Source: an uncultured Phycisphaerales bacterium
GTDB lineage: Bacteria > Planctomycetota > Phycisphaerae > Tepidisphaerales > Tepidisphaeraceae
Length of the DNA stretch: 64,000 bases
Direction of reading: 5' to 3'
NCBI GenBank assembly: GCA_963755915.1
Contig: CAVWLP010000003.1
Span: 384,001 to 448,000 of the forward strand
Shown: one piece after another, positions 10,434 to 20,752 of the stretch
How positions within the stretch are numbered: position 1 is the stretch's first letter
How the letters are laid out: each line of letters begins with the position of its first letter
Made by a program: the position numbers and the translations under genes
The notes under the pieces: model-generated
Databases searched by the model: none
The model's input: only the letters and a program-made list of their open reading frames with translations
Told to the model about the DNA's origin: nothing

Positions 10434-11093
10434 ATTTCTACAAACTTTCGTCACAACGAGCAGATTCGCATTTCGCCGATTTTCCTGATCAACGAAAGAG
10501 ATGAAAAGGTCGGCTCGGTATCGACCTCCGAGGCCCTGAAGATGGCCCGGGAAGCGGGACTCGACCTTGTCGAAGTGGCCCCAACGGCCCGCCCGCCGGT
10601 TTGCAAAATCCTCGATTACGGGAAGTGGCGCTACCAGCAGCAGAAAAAAGTCGACAAGTCCCGGTCTGCCGTGCGCGGCGGACAACTTAAGGAACTGAAA
10701 CTTAAGACGGTAAAGATCGGGGATCATGACCTCATGATCAAGATCAACCACGCGCGGGAATTTCTGAAAGAGGGGAACAAGGTTCAATTCACGCTCCAGT
10801 TCAAGGGACGGGAGATGGCGCATACTGAGCTTGGCCGGGACATTTTTACCAAGATCAAGAGCGAGCTTTTCCTGGTGAGCAAGATCGAGCGCGATTCGAA
10901 GATGGAAGGGCGCCGGATGACGCTGGTGCTTCAGCCGGATCATAAGCCTGCCGGGACGAAACCAGCGGCGCCGGCAGCGGGTACGACGCCGTCGCGGTCA
11001 AGCGCGTTCTCGTCGGGAGCCGGGCTGAACATTCCAGTGCGGCCGGCGGCGGCAGCAGCGCCGGTGGCGGCGCCTACGGCTTCGAACGTCTAA
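10434..11093 (+). CDS. infC: Translation initiation factor IF-3 (ATT start)
   Basis: NEQIRI, LDLVEVAP..PPVCKILDYGK, KGRE; GGAG 7 nt before in-frame ATT. Confidence 0.96.
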   Translation: MSTNFRHNEQIRISPIFLINERDEKVGSVSTSEALKMAREAGLDLVEVAPTARPPVCKILDYGKWRYQQQKKVDKSRSAVRGGQLKELKLKTVKIGDHDLMIKINHAREFLKEGNKVQFTLQFKGREMAHTELGRDIFTKIKSELFLVSKIERDSKMEGRRMTLVLQPDHKPAGTKPAAPAAGTTPSRSSAFSSGAGLNIPVRPAAAAAPVAAPTASNV

Positions 11094-11130
11094 ATACGGG
11101 TCTGCGATTCGAGGAGATTGCGCAACGCAC

Positions 11131-11154
11131 GCCCCGCAAGCGGGGCCGCCAAAC
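11131..11154. repeat. REP-like GC hairpin downstream of infC
   Basis: GCCCCGCAAGCGGGGC followed by CGCCAAAC; single copy in this window. Confidence 0.4.
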
Positions 11155-11391
11155 ACGGGGCGCGAATTTGTTCTTCGCCAGCCTTACGTAAATCCTGTTC
11201 CAAATTCAACGACTTCCGTCCAATGACGGTTTAGGGGAGGGGCATGTCCGAAAATGTCCGGAAATGCCCGGTATTTGACGATGAGATTTTTTTCTCCCTG
11301 GCTGGGTTTGATGGGTCGGGCAAGATTGCCGTGGAATATGGGTCGAAGATAAGATGCATCTATATACAGGTCCAAAAGGTGTACGTTTTGT

Positions 11392-12882
11392 TAATCCCGT
11401 TCGGCACGGGGTTCGCGCAAGCAGCAAGATATTGAGATTGCGCCTTTGATCTTTTTATGGCATGCTGCCGGACGTGCAGGCAAGACTGAAGGAAAAAGAG
11501 ATCCTGTGCCTCGGACATCTGCGGCGCGTCTTCGCGCTGCTGCCCACGCTGCGGGATGTGGGCTGTGAGCGGGATCGAGCCGGGAACCGCCAGCTTCACT
11601 TCGACGATTATTGCAAGCTGGTTTTGCTTTACACCTGGAATCCGCTGATCCAATCCCTGCGGGATCTTCAGGAGGTTGCTGAAATGCCCAAGGTGGCCAA
11701 GGCGCTGGGAATTAAGCGTTTTTCCGTGGGCAGTTTCTCTGAATCGGTTCGGGTGTTCGAGCCGGGGCGTTTGACGCCGCTGATTGAGGAATTGGCGGGG
11801 GAACTGCCCCAGGCGCCCGATCCGCGTCTTGCGGACTTTGGGCAGGCGATCACGCTGGTCGACGGGACGGTGCTGACGGCGCTGAGTCGGCTGGCCAAAT
11901 CCGCTTGCGGCATCGATGCGCGCTACAACACCTCCCGGGACGGGAAAGCGGTCTATGGCTGGCGTTTGCACGTTCAATTCGATCTGGAGACGTTCAAAGT
12001 CCATCGCCTCGACCGCACTGGCGCTCGCAACGCGGGGGCCAACCGTGAAAACAACGTCCTGCGGCGCAGCCTGGAAGCAGGACGGTGCTATGTAGGAGAC
12101 GGCGGCTACGCCGACCGGAGCCTCTTTGCGGACATCGCCGCGGCGCAAAGCTCCTTTGTGATGCGGGCCGCGGAAAACTCGGTGTTTGAGCTGTTTGAAG
12201 AACGATTGCTTTCACAGGAAGCATTGGACGGCGGCGTGGTGCGAGACGCGCTGGTGAAACTCGACGGCCTGGAGACGGCGGCGGATAGGGTGGTGCGACG
12301 GGTGGAAGTGCAGGTGAAACCCCATCCGCGCCGCACTGCGCAGCGGCAACAAGCCGACGGACCTGATCATCCTGTACACGAACCTGCTGGACCTGCCGGC
12401 GGAATTGATCGCCCTGATTTATCTGTACCGCTACACCGTTGAGTTGTTCTTCCGGATCTTCAAGCAACTGCTGGGCATGCGTCACCTGCTGAGCCAACGC
12501 CAGGAGGGGATCGACATCCAAATCCACTGCGCGCTGATCGTCTGCGTGCTGATTCAGCTGATCAGCGGCAGGAAGCCGAACAAGGCGATGCGGAACATGA
12601 TCGGCTGGTATCTGCTGGGGCTGGCCGAGGAACAGGACGTGCTTCGATTCCTGAACAAGCCGGATAACACCGGGATTAAGCTGAGGGCAAGAGCGGAGGC
12701 CTTGAAAAAACTGGGAGTAAACTGAAGGGGAATCCGTCGCCGCGGAGACCTCGCGGTTGATGCTGCGCTCTTGCGGACGCCGGCGTGCAGCAGGGGAAAG
12801 TAAAAGTATCTAAGCTTCAATTGTTTCGCGTCCTCCACAGCTTTGGAATGCTCCGATGAAGCCTGCGTGCCGAACGGGATTA
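11392..12882 (+). mobile_element. IS4-family insertion sequence, 1491 bp
   Basis: Perfect 17-bp TIRs TAATCCCGTTCGGCACG / CGTGCCGAACGGGATTA; 9-bp TSD ACGTTTTGT at 11383-11391 and 12883-12891. Confidence 0.96.
11462..12725 (+). CDS. IS4-family DDE transposase, frameshift near 12340
   Basis: LVDGT, GDGGY and YLYRYTVELFFRIFK split over two ORFs. Confidence 0.9.
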
Positions 12883-12992
12883 ACGTTTTGTACCTATTTT
12901 TTAGAAATCCGGGGATTTTTCTGAAAAAATTTTTGGGGTAGGAAAAAGTGGAAGCGTGGGCAAGGCGACAGTGTGGCAGTTTTTTCCCAAGG

Positions 12993-13037
12993 CCCTCACC
13001 CCGACCCTCTCCCGGAGTACCGGGCGAGGGGGTAAGA
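12993..13037. repeat. BoxC-like CCCTCACCCC..CCCTCTCCC hairpin repeat
   Basis: Related copies at ~16813-16840, 29603-29654 and 52855-52898. Confidence 0.8.
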
Positions 13038-13098
13038 GGAGAGGAAGAGGGAATATGTGATAGCCCTTGAGGACTAGCGTTGTAGTGATGGCGTCGGT

Positions 13099-13127
13099 TG
13101 GACATGCCGGGGGTCGTCTGCTATATT
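13099..13127 (+). promoter_or_regulatory. Putative promoter for rpmI-rplT
   Basis: TGGACA-17 nt-TATATT with extended -10 TG. Confidence 0.5.
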
Positions 13128-13180
13128 TCCCGCCCCTCGCTGGCAGAGGGTTTTGGCTGATCTAACGAAGGTTTCTGACA

Positions 13181-13468
13181 ATGTCTTACAAATTCAAGCC
13201 CAATAAGAGCGTCGCGAAGCGTTTGCGCCTGACGGCGACGGGAAAATTGAAGCGGCATCATGGTTTTACCTCGCACCTGATGAGCGCGCGGCCATCATCG
13301 CGGCGGCGAAAGCTGCGACGTCCGGCGGTGCTGTTTGAAGGTCATTCCCGCAATATGCGAAAACTGATGGGGGTTGCCGGCGTTCGGCCCAACGAAATCA
13401 GGCATGAGCGTGAGCTGGCCGCGAAAGAAAAGAAGACGGCTGCGGCTGAGAAGCCGGAAAGGAAGTAG
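13181..13468 (+). CDS. rpmI: 50S ribosomal protein L35 with C-terminal extension
   Basis: KFKPNKSVAKRLRLTATGKLKR..SHLM; located between infC and rplT. Confidence 0.93.
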   Translation: MSYKFKPNKSVAKRLRLTATGKLKRHHGFTSHLMSARPSSRRRKLRRPAVLFEGHSRNMRKLMGVAGVRPNEIRHERELAAKEKKTAAAEKPERK

Positions 13469-13471
13469 ACC

Positions 13472-13849
13472 ATGGCGCGATCAACCGGCGGCCCGACGCA
13501 TAGCCGCAAGAGAAAACGCGTATTGAAGGCCGCCAAGGGATTTCGCGCGGCATCGGGGACTTTGTATCGCCCGGCGATAGAGTTCACCCGCAAGGCGGGC
13601 GTTTATGCTTATCGCGACCGGCGGCAGAAGAAGCGGCATTTCCGGTCGCTGTGGATCACCCGGCTGGGGGCGGCGCTAAGGGCGAAGGGGATTCATTACA
13701 ACCGGTTTATTCCGGCGCTTATCGCCGCGGGCATTGAGCTGAATCGGAAGATGCTGAGCGAACTGGCGATAAGTGACCCTGCGGCGTTTGACGCCATTGT
13801 TGAAAAAGCCCGGCCGCATATTGTTACCTTCGCCGCAAAGACTGCGTAA
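13472..13849 (+). CDS. rplT: 50S ribosomal protein L20
   Basis: KAAKGF, YAYRDRRQKKRHFRSLWITR, LNRKMLSELA. Confidence 0.97.
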   Translation: MARSTGGPTHSRKRKRVLKAAKGFRAASGTLYRPAIEFTRKAGVYAYRDRRQKKRHFRSLWITRLGAALRAKGIHYNRFIPALIAAGIELNRKMLSELAISDPAAFDAIVEKARPHIVTFAAKTA

Positions 13850-13951
13850 AGAGTTCGGTCGTCGCCCCAAACCATTTGAGTCGCAGATTTGAAGAGGAGT
13901 TCCTACCGTCCTGACTGACATCCCGACGTTTGATTAATGGAACTGCGCAAA

Positions 13952-14349
13952 GGCGCTCGCTTAAAGACGAAAAGCAAAAGCAATGCAGGAGGGGCGAAGG
14001 GGAACCAGATAAGGCCCCCTTCGGTCTGAGCTCAGGGTCGAAGACAACAGTTTTTCCCTCGCCCCTCCCGCACCCACCCCACTCCCCTTTCTTTTCCGCT
14101 CAACGCTCCGCCAGGAAATACATATGCGACCGCACTCCCGCAGTCGCGTGCCCCAAAGCTCACGTGAAGAGGGGTGCAAATTTCTTGAGGAGCGCCGCAG
14201 CATTTTGGCTTTTGGCTTGGACGGTTAGGGGAAGCCGGAGAGTGGAGGAGGGGCGCGGGGAGGAGGCGAGAACCGCTTGGGGCGCGCACGCAACTCATCT
14301 CGCGGGGGTCTCGCCTCCTCCCCGCATTGCATTTGCCTTTAAAAGAGCC
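13952..14349. repeat. Repeat family copy A (13952-14229) plus inverted partial copy C (14240-14349)
   Basis: Homologous to 16882-17132; GC-rich hairpin GGAGGGGCGA..TCGCCCCTCC with TTAAAG..GCAATGC flank. Confidence 0.85.
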
Positions 14350-14422
14350 GGCCGCTTCGTCTCCGAACTCAAAAAAGGTGTCGCACCGTCAGCAGTGCCA
14401 GGGACGGGCTAAATGTCATTTA

Positions 14423-15212
14423 TCAGCTCACCGGCTCCCCGACCATTCTCACCGCGATGTAGTCGCAGTAATCATAGACCATATTCCGATTTGGCCGCCA
14501 GGGATCGAAGAGGATGGTGACCAGGTCGCCGACGGCGATGGCGTCGTATTGCTGGGGGCTGATGCGGATGCAGTGGCGCGGAGGATTCCGTTTACCTTGA
14601 ATTGATAGGTGAGGGAGCAGTAGAGAAGTCGGCGGTTGGTGTGGACGATTTTCTTTTCGGTGACCGCGCCAAAGGTTGCTTCGCCCCATCGGGCGAGCCA
14701 GCGTGAGCGCCAGGGCATGAGCCAGATGCCGTAGAAAAGGACCCAGCCGATGGCGCCCATAAAGAGGCGCAAAACCAGGTAATCATCCGGTAGCGGGCAT
14801 AGTGCAACGTCGAGCGGTCGAGGAGCGAATATCCGTTGTTGCGGCCGAAATAGAAGACGTGGGCCTTGACGGGCTGCCCGATGTGGAAGCCGAGAAATTC
14901 CTGGAGCAGGGCGTTGTCGGTGCCGGTGAAGCCGGTGCCGGTGGTGCGATATTTGACGTAAAACTGGGTTCCGCGGTGGGGTTTGAAATCGCGCCAGAGA
15001 TCGACGATCTGGGCCGGTTCGGCGGGGAAGAGGAACATGACGGCGGCGTCGCAGAGGACGTAAATCGCCAGCGCGGCGGCGACGGCAACGAAGGGGGCGG
15101 TCAGGACCCGGCCGAGGATCAGGATGCTGAGCCTTCCCCGGCGGCGGCGGATGCGGCGAGGAGGGCGGGGAAGCCGCGCGGTCAGCGAATCTTTCTCCTG
15201 GGTCCCGGGCAC
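14423..15212 (-). CDS. Hypothetical membrane protein, frameshift near 14770
   Basis: Two TM segments, then GEATFGAVTEK..LTYQF..GDLVTILFDP..P (DUF3592-like pattern); TAGAAT 6 nt before GTG. Confidence 0.65.
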
Positions 15213-15274
15213 GCAACGATTCTAGGCGATTCGATTGGTTTTCAAGAACGAAAAAATATTAATGCGGGTATGTT

Positions 15275-16768
15275 TTATTCCCATCCCATCGACCGTTCGA
15301 CGGCTTTTCGCCAGCCGGTGAGGCGGTGATTGCGATCCTGGTCGCTCATCTTCGGGTGCCAGGTGTGGTCGGATTTCCATTTTGAGCGGAGATCGTCGAA
15401 ATCGTTCCAGAAGCCGACGGAGAGGCCGGCGGCGTAGGCGGCGCCCAGCGCCGTGGTTTCGCGGACGCGGCTGCGGACGACGGGAGCGGCGAGGATGTCG
15501 GCCTGGAATTGCATGAGGAGGGAGTTGGTGGTCATTCCGCCGTCGACTTTCATGGCGGCGATGTGGGCGCCGCTGTCTTCGGCCATGGCGTGGGCGACGT
15601 CGTGGGTCTGGAAGGCGACGGATTCGAGGACGGCGCGGGCAATGTGATGGCGATTGGAATAGGCGGTGAGACCGGCGATGAGGCCGCGGGCGTCGGAACG
15701 CCAGTAAGGGGCGAAAAGCCCGGAGAATGCGGGGACAATATAAACCCCGCCGCTGTCGGGCATGTGGGAGGCCAGCGATTCTATCTCGGCGGAGGAGGAG
15801 ATCATTTTCATGTTGTCGCGGAGCCACTGGACGAGCGAGCCGGCAACGGCGACGGAGCCTTCGAGGGCGTAATGGGGTTTCTCGCCGGCGCGGTAATAGG
15901 CGAGCGTCGTGATCAGGCCGTGCTTGGATTGTTTGGGGGTTTGGCCGGTATTGAGAAGGAGGAAGCAGCCGGTGCCGTAGGTGTTTTTGGAATCACCGGG
16001 GTTGAAGCAGCATTGTCCGACGAGCGCGGCGTGCTGGTCGCCGAGATTTCCGCAGACGGGGATTTTGTCCTGGAAGGGGCCGTCAATCGTCGTGTGGCCC
16101 CAGGGGTGGGATGGAATGGACGGGGTGATTTCTGCGAGCATTTTGGGGTCGATGCCGAGGGTGGCGATCATGCCGTCGTCCCAGCGGAGATCGGCGAGGT
16201 TCATGAGCATGGTGCGGCTGGCGTTGGTGGCATCGGTGACGTGACGGCCACCGTGCGGGCCGCCGGTGAGGTTCCAGATGAGCCAGGAATCGATGGTGCC
16301 GAAGAGTGCGCCTTCGTTGCGCGAGGCGGGGACGTTTTCGAGAATCCAGCGGAGCTTGGGGCCGGAGAAATAGGTGGCCAGGGGAAGGCCGGTGGTGGCG
16401 CGGAAGCGGTCGATTCCGCCACCCTTGGCGAGGTCGTCGCAGATGGATTTGGTGCGGGTGTCCTGCCAGACGATGGCGTTGTGGAGGGGCTGGCCGGTGG
16501 CGCGGTCCCAAACGACGGTGGTTTCGCGCTGATTGGTGATGCCGAGGGCGGCGATCTGGCTTTTTTTGGCGCCGGCCGCTGCGATTGCTTCGGAGATTAC
16601 TTCCTGGGTTTTGGTCCAGATTTCGATGGGGTCGTGCTCGACCCAGCCGGCGCGGGGGAAGATCTGGCGGTGTTCTTTCTGTGCGACGGCGACGGGGCCG
16701 TCGGGGTCGAAGAGCATGCAGCGGGTGCTGGTGGTTCCCTGATCGATGGAAGCGATGAGATCGGGCAT
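15275..16768 (-). CDS. glpK: Glycerol kinase
   Basis: [56 protein letters not shown]. Confidence 0.97.
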   Translation of the reverse strand: MPDLIASIDQGTTSTRCMLFDPDGPVAVAQKEHRQIFPRAGWVEHDPIEIWTKTQEVISEAIAAAGAKKSQIAALGITNQRETTVVWDRATGQPLHNAIVWQDTRTKSICDDLAKGGGIDRFRATTGLPLATYFSGPKLRWILENVPASRNEGALFGTIDSWLIWNLTGGPHGGRHVTDATNASRTMLMNLADLRWDDGMIATLGIDPKMLAEITPSIPSHPWGHTTIDGPFQDKIPVCGNLGDQHAALVGQCCFNPGDSKNTYGTGCFLLLNTGQTPKQSKHGLITTLAYYRAGEKPHYALEGSVAVAGSLVQWLRDNMKMISSSAEIESLASHMPDSGGVYIVPAFSGLFAPYWRSDARGLIAGLTAYSNRHHIARAVLESVAFQTHDVAHAMAEDSGAHIAAMKVDGGMTTNSLLMQFQADILAAPVVRSRVRETTALGAAYAAGLSVGFWNDFDDLRSKWKSDHTWHPKMSDQDRNHRLTGWRKAVERSMGWE

Positions 16769-16881
16769 GATTTTTTTGCCTTGGGGATTCTATCCGCACA
16801 AAAAGAAAAACGCCCTCACCCTGGCCTTCCCCCGGGATACTTGGATGACGGCCCAACATTTTTTTATAGCGTCGACCAAGT

Positions 16882-17132
16882 GGCGCTCGCTTAAAGACGA
16901 AATGCAAATGCAATGCAGGAGGGGCGAGGGGACACCATATAAGGCCCCAAAAGTTTTCCCCTCGCCCCTCCCGCACCCTCCCCACTCCCCTTCCTCTTCC
17001 CCTCAACGCTCCCCCGGAAATGCGTGCACGGTCGCACTTTTGCAATCGTGTGCCCCAACGTCCACGTGGATGAAGTGCGTCAACTCCCGGCAAAACACCT
17101 TCGCATGCTGCATTTGGGCTTGGACGGCCAGG
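16882..17132. repeat. Repeat family copy B
   Basis: Aligns with 13952-14229 along its whole length and lacks the 27-bp insert. Confidence 0.85.
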
Positions 17133-17165
17133 AGTGCCAGGAAACGGGATAAGAATAGAGCGGAA

Positions 17166-20074
17166 TCAGACAGTGCGTGTAGCCGCGGTGCGTCGCCATT
17201 TTCCGGTGGCCAGCGTGGCCGCGGCGGTGGCGATGATGCAGATGAGGCCGACGGCGAAGCGGGTTTGGCTGGCGTACCAGACGGTCATGTCCGCGGTGAT
17301 GGGGATGAAGCGGAGCATGTAGATGCACCAGAGACCGGCGATGGCGGCGACGAGGCCGTAGCGGACAAGCAGGAGGATCATCAGGCCCATGACGACGCCG
17401 GCTTCGGCCCACTGGACCCAGCCGGGGCTGTACCACTGGAAGGTTTGAACGGCGCCCAGCGCGACGAGCGCGAGGGCGGCGATCCATTTGCGACGGAAGA
17501 CGATCAAAAACAGGACGGTGGAAAGCAGGTAGAGCAGGCCGATGTAGAGGGCGTCGAGGAGGGACCAGAGAGCGAGGGCGGTGGGATTTTCCTTGGCGAG
17601 AAAGCGGACCATGGTGCGGATATCGGGGACGGCGGCGGCATGGCCGAAGTGCATGGGGAGGAGATTGGCAAGCTCGCCGAGAACGCTGGCGACCGCGCCG
17701 ACGGCCAGGCCGGCGAGAACATGGGAGCCCACGAGTGGGTCCATCAAACGGCCGGAGAGGGCCCTGCTCCAGGAGATGACGGTTTCGGGCCAGGTTTTGC
17801 GGACGTGGGGCTCGAGCGCCAGATAAAACATCCAGACGATTGCCGCGGGGACGACGATGAAACCCAAGGCGCGGAAAAACGAGCGGAGTTCGAGGAAGAG
17901 CTCAGGGATATGACTGGAGCAGAGGAGCCAGACGAGCAGGCCGAGGACGAGGAAGAGTCCGGCGAGCTTTTGGGCGCCTTCGGAATCGCCTTCTCTGGCG
18001 CGGATGTTTCGCCAGGCGAGGAAAAGGCTGCTGATGATTGCGGCGATGATGAGGGTCGCCTGCAGGGCAATGTTGCGGCCGGTGGGGAGATCGGGGTTGG
18101 CTACGATGCCCAGTTTGTCGGCCTGGTCTTCCCAGGTTTCGCGGATTTCGAAATAGACGGGCAGGCCGTTGACGGTACCAAGAGCGACGCGGAAAGATTG
18201 GCCGGGGTTTTCGGGATAGACGCCCTGCCACTGGCTGCGGGAATCGACGAACATCGGGGGAATGATGGAGGGGGTTTGGGGCTTGAGCTGGGCGGGGTCA
18301 AGATCGGCGTAGCGGAAAAGGGCCGCGATATAGGCGGCGGATTGGGCGGGGGTGGCGCTGCCGAAGTTACTTGTGGGCAAAATCTGGAGGAGCTTGAGGC
18401 GGCCGGTGGGATCGAGCTCGATGGTTCGCATGTCTGGCGCGGTGCGGGCGGGTTCGTCAAGCGTCACCATGCCGAGGTCGTCCTTCGAGACCATGAACTG
18501 CGGGCTTTGGCGATACCAGAAAAAGATCGGGCCGGGGCGGGAATAGGAGAGCTGGTCCCAGCGATTGACGGTGTTGTCTTTTTGAATGATCCAGCCAATA
18601 AACTTGTCGTTGAGGGCGAATCCATGGGCGGAGCGCGCGGTTCCGATCCAGGTTCGGCTGTAGCCGGCATCGGAAAGGATCTGGAGGGCGCGATCGGTGA
18701 GAACGGCCGGGGCCTTGATTCCCTCCTGAAGGCGGGGCAGGAGCATGGCGCGTGGAGAAAGGAGAACGGCGGCGACGATGCCGACGACGGCGATCGCCAG
18801 GAGGATGGCGGCGCGAATGACGGTCAGTCCGGCGCCACCGGCAGCGGCGACCATCTGCGGGCTGGGGGTTTCGCCAGCGGCCAGGACCGCGGCGAGGGGA
18901 TCGCCGCCGGGCAATGCGGCGGCGACGGCGAGCGCGCTGCCGGGCGCTTGCTGGGGTCTTTTTCCAGGCATCGCAGAATCACCCGCTCGGCGAGGGGATC
19001 CATGTCGGCGATGAAAGTGGAGGGATGCGTGGGATTCGTTTGTTTGTGGAGGCGGGCGTATTCGGGCATCGAGTGGGCGGTGAATGCCTGGCGGCCGGTG
19101 AAGATTTCGTAGAGGACGAGGCCCAAGGCGTAGATGTCGCTGCGGACGGTGGCTTCGCCCTTGGCGAATTGTTCCGGGGCCATGTAGGCGGGGGTGCCGG
19201 CGGCTGTGTCGTTGGCGCCGTCGACGCGGCCGCTGATGCCGAAATCGGTGATGCGAACCTGGCCGCGGCCGTCGAGCATGATGTTGGCGGGCTTGAGATC
19301 GCGATGTAGGACACCCTTGTCGTGGGCGGCGGCGAGGCCGGCGCAGAGCTCGCGGGCAATTTGAATCGCCTTGTCGTGCGGCAGGCGGCCGATGCGGCGG
19401 AGGAGGGAGGCGAGGTCTTCGCCGTCGACGAATTCCATGGAGATGAACTGCTCGCCCTCCACCTCGCCGATGTCGAAGACCCGGCAGACGTTGGGATGGG
19501 TGACCTGGCGGGAAAGGCGGACCTCGTTGTGAAAGCGCTCGAGCCAGGTGGGATTGTTTTCGAAGGATTTCGGCAAGAATTTCAGGGCGACGGCCTGGTC
19601 GAGCGTGAGATCGTCGGCGCGGTAGACCTCGCCCATTCCGCCAGAGCCGAGGAGGCTGACGATGCGATAGCGCTGGGCGACGACCATGCCGGATTCGAAG
19701 CGGCCCTTGGGGGTTCCCGAATCGGAATGGCCTGAGGTGACACGGGAGACGTGAGAAGCGTGGGAGCGATATTCCGAGGCGCTGTGGCGCGGCGTGGGTT
19801 TTTTCTCGGTGAAGGGCTCGAGGGGGCGGATTTCCTGGCTGACGGCGGGCGGCTCGGGCTCGGTGGTCATCTCCTCATTTTCTTTTTCTTCAGATGCCTC
19901 CATCGAGCCGAGCTTGGAAGCGTGGCGATGGGAGCGCAGGAGGGAGGTGACTTCTTCACTCAGCTCGGCGTCGCCAGCGCAGAGGCGGGCGATTTCCTCG
20001 TCCTGCCGATCTTCGGGGCAGTCGGTGAGGGCGAGGAAGACTTCCTTAACGCGCTTGTACTGTTCCGCGGTCAT
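17166..20074 (-). CDS. Hanks-type Ser/Thr kinase with extracytoplasmic and multi-TM C-terminal region, frameshift near 18945
   Basis: LGSGGMGEVY, VALK, HRDLKPANIM, DFG, GTPAYMAPE; continues in ORF 17166-18971. Confidence 0.9.
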
Positions 20075-20631
20075 CGGCTGAGTTCCCGCATCAACCAGGC
20101 TCGGGCCATTGTCCAGTCCCCTTCCACGGTGCGCTTGGAGACGCCGAGGACCTGGGCGACTTCTTCGACGCTCATGCCGGCAAAGAATCGCATCTCAACG
20201 ACCTCGGACTGGCGGTGATCGAGCTTGGCGAGTTTTTCCAGGGCCTCGTCGAGCGCCAGGATTTCCTCTTCGCGCTGCGGGGCGAGGGCGACGGATTCGT
20301 CGAGGGCAACGCGGCCCGCGCCGCCGCCGCGCTTTTGTCGCTTTTTCTGGCGGGCGTGATCGACGAGTATCCGGCGGATGGCCTGGGCCCCCACCGCGAA
20401 GAAATGCGTCCGCCCCTGCCAATCGACGCGGGTCTGGTCGATGAGGCGGAGGTAGGCCTCGTGAACCAGGGCGGTGGGCTGAAGAGTGTGGTCCTTGCGC
20501 TCGTGCCGGAGATGCCGGGCGGCGAGGGCGCGGAATTCATCGTAGACCAACGGCATCAGCTTAGCCGCGGCCGAGGCGCGATCGCCGTCCTTAAGGGTGA
20601 CCAGAAGTTTTGTGACCTCATTCGCTGCCAG
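20071..20631 (-). CDS. ECF sigma factor (planctomycete TIGR02999-like); start uncertain
   Basis: EVTKLL..LMPLVYDEFRALA, HTLQPTALVHEAYLRL, RRILVDHAR..KRGG, VSKRTVEGDW; overlaps the kinase start by 4 nt. Confidence 0.9.
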   Translation of the reverse strand: MAANEVTKLLVTLKDGDRASAAAKLMPLVYDEFRALAARHLRHERKDHTLQPTALVHEAYLRLIDQTRVDWQGRTHFFAVGAQAIRRILVDHARQKKRQKRGGGAGRVALDESVALAPQREEEILALDEALEKLAKLDHRQSEVVEMRFFAGMSVEEVAQVLGVSKRTVEGDWTMARAWLMRELSR

Positions 20632-20752
20632 AGTCCAAATTATCGCCGGGAACAGCGGTCCGACAAGCCCAAATCAGATGCCATCCCGCCAGCCCCACCG
20701 TTTTCCAAACTCTGGCAACTGCCGACCTATACAGTAACATTCACAGGCAACC

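Noticed and set aside
11244..11435. Small ORF MSENVRKCPVF with G-rich RBS, interrupted by the IS
   Set aside because: Derived from a 10-bp periodic ATGTCCGRAA stretch; the reconstructed product is not protein-like.
12330..12350. Programmed frameshift in the IS4 transposase
   Set aside because: IS4 transposases are normally single ORFs, no clear slippery heptamer is present, and indels are common in this assembly.
14032..14298. Peptide coding by repeat copies A/B
   Set aside because: Frames are not conserved between the copies; amino-acid similarity follows from the DNA similarity.
16746..19112. Long 788-aa + ORF and similar shadows (5345-7009, 8455-10014, 34824-36377, 55601-56914)
   Set aside because: Antisense to well-supported genes; expected in high-GC DNA.
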